From: an uncultured bacterium
GTDB taxonomy: Bacteria; Hydrothermota; 32-111
Direction of reading: 5' to 3'
Length of the DNA stretch: 45,377 bases
NCBI GenBank assembly: GCA_965371715.1
Contig: CBDUZN010000002.1
Location: forward strand, 1 to 45,377
Shown here: positions 40,296 to 45,377 of the stretch, piece after piece
How positions within the stretch are numbered: the first letter of the stretch is position 1
How the letters are laid out: every line of letters begins with the position of its first letter
Notes under the pieces: model-generated
Database searches by the model: none
Seen by the model: only the letters and a program-made list of their open reading frames with translations
Told to the model about the DNA's origin: nothing
Translations under genes and position numbers: made by a program

Positions 40296-41516
40296 TTAAA
40301 ATGGAATTCTTATACCATCATTGAACCATTTTCTCACAATCTGCCTTGTTTCCTTGCTCACCTTTTCATTGTTTGGACCATATATTTGTGAAATATACCA
40401 CTCATGTTCTGAATTTTGCTCTATTAAGATCATTGCCTTTTTTCCTTTGTATTCCCATGTATAAATATATGATCTGCCTCTAACTATTTTTTTTGCATAA
40501 CCCAATGCACAATTATTGAAACTACTTGCCTGATCCTGCAATTTTGAGTATGTTCTTACTGGAATAATATATCTATTCCTTTCAAGTGGTGGCTCTGGGA
40601 ATTTTTCCAATCCTGCTCTAATTCTCTTTTCAATTTTTTTTGTTTCATAGATCAATCTTATATGTTCATTTGAAAGATGTAAAACAGATTTATATGTAAT
40701 AAGATTCTCATTCATTAAATCCCTCATCTGTTCTGTTTCTCGCAATTCAAAATTTATTCTCTTCTGTTCCTTTTCATTACAATTCTCATATTCATTTATA
40801 AATGATGGTGAAATCATTTCAAAGTAATATCTTAATAGATATATATAGGATTTTGTTAAATTATTTGCATGTAACATTCGTTTTTTTAAATATTTATTAT
40901 CCATATTGATTATATATCTTAAGTGCATTAATACTTTAGCATTAATATTTCCCTTTTCGATTTTGTTTAACTGCCTTATTGTACTTTTACTTGCAGGAAA
41001 CCCTAACTCTCCTGCAATACCTCTTACTCCCTTTTTAAGAAGGGATCTCATTTTCCTGCACCTATTACCTTTTTTACCTGTAAATAGATTATTGTTTGCA
41101 ACAGCAAAGGCAAGTGCAGGACAAATCTTTATTAATTCAATTGCCTTATCTACATCTGTTCTTGCTGCAAAAGTTAATAATGACCATTGGCTTTCTTTGT
41201 ACCCGCTAATTGCCCCTCTCACCTTTTTAGGAATCTTATCAGTATAGTCCCGTGTTAATAATGAATATTCATATATTTTTGGAACATAAACACACAAATA
41301 CAATCTTTTATCACTTGAATCATGGGTTTCCAATTTTGTTTTTCTTCCAACTGCTCTCCATTTTTTAATATTAAAATAACTATTAGATGGAAAGTAATTG
41401 GATGCATTTCCTGTTTTTCTATCAATATGATATGCCCTTAAATCAGGCCAATATGTAAATTTTATAATTATGCCTTCTTCTGCATAACATAATTTATCAT
41501 CTTTTTTATAATACAA
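40296..41516 (-). CDS. PcfJ-like protein
   Basis: C-terminal block ...IIPVRTYSKLQDQASSFNNCALGYAKKIVRGRSYIYTWEYKGKKAMILIEQNSEHEWYISQIYGPNNEKV fits my recollection of the PcfJ domain pattern (..L..EG..M.HCV..Y...i..G...iy....). TTG start 4 nt after GGAGG. Confidence 0.5.
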   Translation of the reverse strand: MYYKKDDKLCYAEEGIIIKFTYWPDLRAYHIDRKTGNASNYFPSNSYFNIKKWRAVGRKTKLETHDSSDKRLYLCVYVPKIYEYSLLTRDYTDKIPKKVRGAISGYKESQWSLLTFAARTDVDKAIELIKICPALAFAVANNNLFTGKKGNRCRKMRSLLKKGVRGIAGELGFPASKSTIRQLNKIEKGNINAKVLMHLRYIINMDNKYLKKRMLHANNLTKSYIYLLRYYFEMISPSFINEYENCNEKEQKRINFELRETEQMRDLMNENLITYKSVLHLSNEHIRLIYETKKIEKRIRAGLEKFPEPPLERNRYIIPVRTYSKLQDQASSFNNCALGYAKKIVRGRSYIYTWEYKGKKAMILIEQNSEHEWYISQIYGPNNEKVSKETRQIVRKWFNDGIRIPF

Positions 41517-41601
41517 AAATCCTCCATCTCAATAATATATCAATCAATTTCAAAATCAAGCCGCCAAAGAATACCTATCAAACTGTTTACATTTAATATT
41601 T

Positions 41602-42039
41602 TTAAACTCTTTTAGATATCTTTTTATTTAGTTTTTTATTCCTATTCTTTACCATTCTCAATTTGCTCATTATGCTATTAACTGCATAAGCATCATCAGT
41701 TGCTTTCAATATATAACTATATAAACCAGGCATTACTCCTGATTCCATAAGCTCCATCTCCAAAATATGCATTATAATGATTCCAAATATCTTTTTATAT
41801 TCTTTGGAATATTCAAATACACAATTCCCTTTATCATCATTAATTAACAATTTGTGTTCATACACTTTCACAATATAATCACATTCCGCAAATGCTTTTA
41901 ATGCTTTTTGCTTATCATTTTTCAAATAAACATCTCTTCTTGGTATATCAAGATTAGGCATATCAATTGCATAGGTGTTTCCCATTACAGGTCCATGGAC
42001 AAAGATTTTCAAATCTTTTTTCCTGAGAATTTCACTCAT
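41602..42039 (-). CDS. hypothetical protein (145 aa)
   Basis: AGGAG RBS 5 nt upstream of the ATG. Basic C-terminal tail. No recognised domain. Confidence 0.6.
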   Translation of the reverse strand: MSEILRKKDLKIFVHGPVMGNTYAIDMPNLDIPRRDVYLKNDKQKALKAFAECDYIVKVYEHKLLINDDKGNCVFEYSKEYKKIFGIIIMHILEMELMESGVMPGLYSYILKATDDAYAVNSIMSKLRMVKNRNKKLNKKISKRV

Positions 42040-42098
42040 TCAATCTCCTTTTTAGGTTCACTATATATAAAGACATCTTTTTTGTGGATTTTCAATTC

Positions 42099-42257
42099 TT
42101 ATTGTGTTTTATTTATCAAAACAATCACTATAATAATAAGAATTACCATACCAACCCATCCGCCTGATGCAAGAAATCCAATACAGCGGAAAAATAATCC
42201 CAAAACAATGATAAATAGTATTATCCCCCCAATTATCTTAAAAAAATTCTTTATCAA
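42099..42257 (-). CDS. possible small membrane protein (52 aa, two hydrophobic segments)
   Basis: Too short for the track. TTG start 9 nt after AGGAG. Encodes LIKNFFKIIGGIILFIIVLGLFFRCIGFLASGGWVGMVILIIIVIVLINKTQ*. The 122-aa plus-strand ORF 41908..42276 is its antisense shadow. Confidence 0.35.
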   Translation of the reverse strand: MIKNFFKIIGGIILFIIVLGLFFRCIGFLASGGWVGMVILIIIVIVLINKTQ

Positions 42258-42311
42258 CTTTATACTCTCCTATTAATTTACTTCTAATCATGTATAATCC
42301 CATCATACCTT

Positions 42312-42610
42312 GAAAATCCGAAGGTCATTCTGAATACTCTCCCCGCTCCACACATGACGAATCTCATATTTCTTACTGATCCTCATCTCTTTTCTGTCAT
42401 TCCCAACTTGATTGGGAATCCAGTCCGCCCTGAGCGAGCATAGTGAGCCGAAGGGTATTTTCTTTCTTTCCTTTCTTTTCTCCACTAGCGTACTAGAAAC
42501 AAGCACACTAGATACCTCTTCGGTAACAAGCGTACCTGAAACCTGACACTTCTCCAAATTTTTCTACTTTTTCAACCACCGTCCCTTGAATTTTTACCTT
42601 GAATTTTTAT
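42312..42610. repeat. most complete copy of the mosaic GC-rich repeat (all modules in series)
   Basis: In order: hairpin ATTCCCAA-cttga-TTGGGAAT (42399..42419), CCGCCCTGAGCGAGCATAGTGAGCCGAAGGGT, a polypyrimidine tract, the AGCGTAC array, TTCTCCAAATTTTTCTACTTTTTCAACCACCGTCCC, and a 13-bp tandem duplication. Confidence 0.85.
42584..42609. repeat. perfect 13-bp x2 tandem duplication (CCTTGAATTTTTA)
   Basis: Lies between the stop of the 222-aa gene (42617) and the conserved ..CACCGTCCC module. Confidence 0.9.
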
Positions 42611-42616
42611 ATTATC

Positions 42617-43285
42617 CTATGTTTCATTTGTTAAATCAATCCCTGATTTGTAGTTTCTTATAATAGTTTTTTCATAATTATTACTTTGCACAAATTCTGA
42701 AACGATTCTCTTCAACTTTGTTTTATTTGCTTCCATTTCCATATTCAAAATATCACTAGTAGTCATCTTTTCAATCATTTCCAATGGTATATCCCTAAAT
42801 CTATCTTTGTTTTTCATTATAGTATTTATAACATGCTTTCTGTATTGCTTATTTGTGATTTTATCATTTTTATTGTTTTGTATAAAATCAAAAATTCTAT
42901 CTCTATCTTTATTGTAATAATTAATAATCTCCGTTAATTGTTCTACATATAAATCATTATAATTCCCATACAATAATTTATCAATTTTTTTGAATAATAC
43001 TTTTTTTCTATATTCAAAATCTATAAATATGTTAAATTCTTTTACTAATTCTTTATCTTCTATAATCTCATCAATTCTCATGATGTGTTTTGATATCATT
43101 CTCAGTAAAGTAGTTATTTCTTCCTTTATTTCTATACTGTCTTCGTCTTCAACTGGATAGTTTATTATATTAAGCATATTAATTAAACCAGTTTTTTTTA
43201 ACTTTTTTTGTTTTTCAATATTGTTGTTTTTTGTATTTCTACTCTTCCTTTGAATGAATTGTAATATTCTTGTTATAATATTCAA
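42617..43285 (-). CDS. hypothetical protein (222 aa), third gene of the MotAB-like module
   Basis: Starts 2 nt after the stop of the MotB-like gene. Basic N-terminus (RKSRNTKNNNIEKQKKLKK), predicted helical and K/E/N/I-rich. No TM segment and no nuclease, helicase or other motif recognised. Confidence 0.65.
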   Translation of the reverse strand: MNIITRILQFIQRKSRNTKNNNIEKQKKLKKTGLINMLNIINYPVEDEDSIEIKEEITTLLRMISKHIMRIDEIIEDKELVKEFNIFIDFEYRKKVLFKKIDKLLYGNYNDLYVEQLTEIINYYNKDRDRIFDFIQNNKNDKITNKQYRKHVINTIMKNKDRFRDIPLEMIEKMTTSDILNMEMEANKTKLKRIVSEFVQSNNYEKTIIRNYKSGIDLTNET

Positions 43286-43287
43286 AT

Positions 43288-43977
43288 TTACAGATCCAAT
43301 CTTATTTCGATTCTTCTATTCTTCATTTTGTATTCCTCATTACTATTGCAGTAACTAATTAATTTCATGATTTTCTCAATAGAATAATTATCATACACAT
43401 AATTTAATAATTCTATAGCATTTTCCTCAACTTTTTGGTTAGTTCTGTTTTTCTCATATTCTAAATAATATTTTTTAACCAATTCATAATTAGGCTGATA
43501 ATATGCTTTACCACAGGGAAGAAGTTGCACTTCACTGAATTCTTCAAATTCGTCAAGGATTCCTTTTCTCTTTATAAATTGTACTATTGTATTAGCTCTA
43601 TCCAAAGATAGATTCCAATTTGAGTAATTTATGTCATTGTATTTTATTTTAAGGTCGGATGATATTGAATCAGTATCTGTGTGACCTATTATTAAAATAT
43701 TTTTGATTTTGCTTGCTACACCTTTTTCTCTGTATTTATTAACAATCTCGTGTATTTTGTTAAATGCTTCATGAAATTCCTTCTCTGCCTGAATAGTATC
43801 TACAATGGAATATTTTCCTGATTCAAAAAGTAATTTCTCATTAATATGTTGCGAGGGTACATTTTTGAATTCATTCTCCAAATTCTTTTTCATAAAATAT
43901 GCACTTATCAATATAAATACCAGCAACAATGCAAAAGCTAAATCCAAAATACTTTTTATTGGTTCAGACTTTTTCAA
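43288..43977 (-). CDS. MotB/ZorB-like protein: N-terminal TM with conserved Asp + OmpA-like peptidoglycan-binding domain
   Basis: ILDLAFALLLVFILISAYF is a single TM with Asp at its cytoplasmic end, as in MotB/ExbD/ZorB. OmpA-like motifs IIGHTDTD, NLSLDRANTIV and NRRIEIRL are present. 4-nt overlap with the upstream gene. Confidence 0.8.
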   Translation of the reverse strand: MKKSEPIKSILDLAFALLLVFILISAYFMKKNLENEFKNVPSQHINEKLLFESGKYSIVDTIQAEKEFHEAFNKIHEIVNKYREKGVASKIKNILIIGHTDTDSISSDLKIKYNDINYSNWNLSLDRANTIVQFIKRKGILDEFEEFSEVQLLPCGKAYYQPNYELVKKYYLEYEKNRTNQKVEENAIELLNYVYDNYSIEKIMKLISYCNSNEEYKMKNRRIEIRLDL

Positions 43978-45377
43978 TTTTTCTCCTGCTTTTTGAAAAT
44001 ATTCAATTTATTCCATACACTATGTTTTTTATTTTCATCCATCACAATTTCCCTTATTGAATCCTCATCAATTTTTATTCCATCAAGCAATTTGGTTGTT
44101 TTACCAATATTTTGAATTAGCTGTTCTATCATTTTTTCAATTGAAAGAAATATTGCACCAATATTTCTTTCTTGTGATTGCTGTATCCATTCTCTTTGTA
44201 TTTGATTTACATGATCTATAATTTTTTTCATTACTTCCTGGTTTTCCGTCTTCTCGCTTACAATAACACCATCAAATTTTATTTTCATGTTTTTAGCTGA
44301 GTTGTCAAATGATTTAGTTATATGATTTGTAATGTCTTCCATATTTTGATTTGTGTTTTTTGTAAATTTTGATACTTGGTTTTCTTGTTCTTCTATTTGC
44401 TTCAATATTGCATTTCTCGTTTTTTGATTGTCTTCTAAATTATTTTTTATATTCTCTATAATCTCACCATTTTTTCTATTAGAAATACTTATCGTTTCAT
44501 CCATTTTTATTGATATTGTCTCTAATTTATTCACAATTTTCTTATCATTCAATGCAATAGCAGAAAAACTCTCTGACATCTTTTTGGATGATGAAATTAA
44601 ATTGTAAATATTTTCCTTTTCAATAAGATACTTGTTAAGAAATTCACTCATTAGTTGATTAAAATGGCTGATTGATTTTTTCAATTCATTTGTTGATTCA
44701 ATATTTGCTGATTTTATCTCATCAAATTTTATTACTGAAGTATTGAAACTTTCAGAAGCATCCTTCATATTTTCAATAAGTGGATGGATTGTGTTGGTCA
44801 TATTATGAAGATCTTTTGTTATTTTATTGATACTAAACTGAGTTTCTTTAATTATCATTTCTACATCTTTCGCATTGTTCATTAAATATTCTATTGTTCT
44901 ATTCTGTGCTATATCAAATTCTTTTTCATTGTTTACATTCAATTTGTTTGACCATGCATTAAAGATAAGCCCGAAAATGCTTGTAAAGAGAGCAATCGCT
45001 GCAGCAGAAACAATTCTTGACACTATTTGTGCATCATCCAATCCACCCTTTCCTATCCACCAAACGTAACAAAAACTTATAATTAATCCAAGAAATGTTC
45101 CACCAATACCAGACAAAATGAATCTCCCAGGATCATTATTATATGAAAATTCCGGTTTTATCATATTTAAAATTCTATCAAAATCAGTCATATTTCTAAC
45201 CCACCCCGATTGTGAATATTGTTTTATTCTCATTGCAAGAGTTTCTGGAGTATCTTTATCAAATTCATTCTCATTTCCGTCAAGCATTTCTAATTCTATT
45301 TTAAATATCCTTATTTTATCATTTGATTTTTTAATGTTTTTTTTATAATTGTTAAAAAAATAAGCCATAGAAATAAT
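43974..45377 (-). CDS. MotA/ExbB/ZorA-like proton-channel protein with a long C-terminal helical tail (probably 5'-truncated by the window edge)
   Basis: TM pair with MotA_ExbB signatures (FILSGIGGTFLGLIISF and IVSAAAIALFTSIFGLIFNAWSN), followed by about 310 aa of K/E/N/I-rich helical sequence. First ATG is at 45368, but the frame is still open to 45377 (..IIS-MAYFF then NNYKKNIKK) and the expected N-terminal TM1 is missing. Confidence 0.75.
   Translation of the reverse strand: MISMAYFFNNYKKNIKKSNDKIRIFKIELEMLDGNENEFDKDTPETLAMRIKQYSQSGWVRNMTDFDRILNMIKPEFSYNNDPGRFILSGIGGTFLGLIISFCYVWWIGKGGLDDAQIVSRIVSAAAIALFTSIFGLIFNAWSNKLNVNNEKEFDIAQNRTIEYLMNNAKDVEMIIKETQFSINKITKDLHNMTNTIHPLIENMKDASESFNTSVIKFDEIKSANIESTNELKKSISHFNQLMSEFLNKYLIEKENIYNLISSSKKMSESFSAIALNDKKIVNKLETISIKMDETISISNRKNGEIIENIKNNLEDNQKTRNAILKQIEEQENQVSKFTKNTNQNMEDITNHITKSFDNSAKNMKIKFDGVIVSEKTENQEVMKKIIDHVNQIQREWIQQSQERNIGAIFLSIEKMIEQLIQNIGKTTKLLDGIKIDEDSIREIVMDENKKHSVWNKLNIFKKQEKN

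Noticed and set aside
41908-42276. 122-aa plus-strand ORF
   Set aside because: It overlaps the start of the well-supported minus-strand 145-aa gene and is antisense to an SD-preceded small membrane ORF. It has no RBS and odd composition.
42303-42557. 84-aa minus-strand ORF, with similar ORFs at 31125..31343 (+) and 34806..35048 (+)
   Set aside because: They lie entirely within mosaic repeat blocks. Their sequence similarity to other copies is at the DNA level regardless of frame, so they are not credible genes.
42584-42609. 13-bp perfect tandem duplication as a target-site duplication of an inserted element
   Set aside because: The two copies are directly adjacent rather than flanking an insert. 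This is more likely replication slippage. It is kept only as a repeat feature.
30916-42610. Idea that the island is an integron cassette array with the repeats as attC sites
   Set aside because: The genes are co-oriented and ORFs run into the repeat, which is reminiscent of cassettes. However, the blocks are not overall imperfect palindromes with RYYYAAC...GTTRRRY ends (only a GTTGAAA-like fragment), most cassettes carry their own promoters, and no intI gene is in the window. This cannot be supported.
43974-45377. Flagellar MotA/MotB or ExbB/ExbD/TolQR interpretation of the stator-like pair
   Set aside because: No flagellar, TonB or Tol-Pal genes are adjacent. The roughly 310-aa helical tail on the MotA-like protein and the OmpA domain on its partner, in a defence-island context, fit a ZorAB-like module better. 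This is not excluded until the upstream sequence is seen.

Overview
Visibly AT-rich bacterial chromosome fragment, probably from an uncultivated FCB-group-like lineage; the only support for that placement is a T9SS-type C-terminal sorting domain on a giant surface protein, so it is inference. Almost all genes from about 10.1 kb onward are on the minus strand. Positions 1-31 kb are ordinary core genome. They hold envelope and secreted proteins, an RqcH/NFACT homologue, a PBP-like lipoprotein, a 1.3-kaa LTD/T9SS surface protein and a DUF4159 protein. They also hold yjbQ-maf, hup, lptD-like, lspA, a DksA/TraR zinc finger, ileS, upp, a TPR protein and a complete nine-gene V-type ATPase operon. That operon has the gene order of the Enterococcus hirae Na+ enzyme and an intact Na+-binding signature in the c-subunit. 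Positions 31.2-45.4 kb look like an accessory, defence-type island made of short self-promoted units separated by a mosaic family of GC-rich repeats. The island contains: an intact AbiEi/AbiEii type IV TA pair; a DUF4062 plus AlbA_2(Schlafen-like)/HATPase_c_4 two-gene operon; an orphan AbiEi-like antitoxin followed by a 52-codon toxin stub; an NlpC/P60 peptidase; two more divergent AlbA_2/HATPase_c_4 paralogues, one translationally coupled to an 87-aa ORF; a PcfJ-like module; and, at the right edge, a tightly coupled MotA-like(long helical tail)/MotB-OmpA-like/unknown 222-aa trio. The trio resembles a Zorya-type membrane stator defence module but has no recognisable known Zorya effector. The trio and the DUF4062-Schlafen pair are the best candidates for an undescribed system. 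No rRNA, tRNA, CRISPR array, transposase or integrase was recognised.
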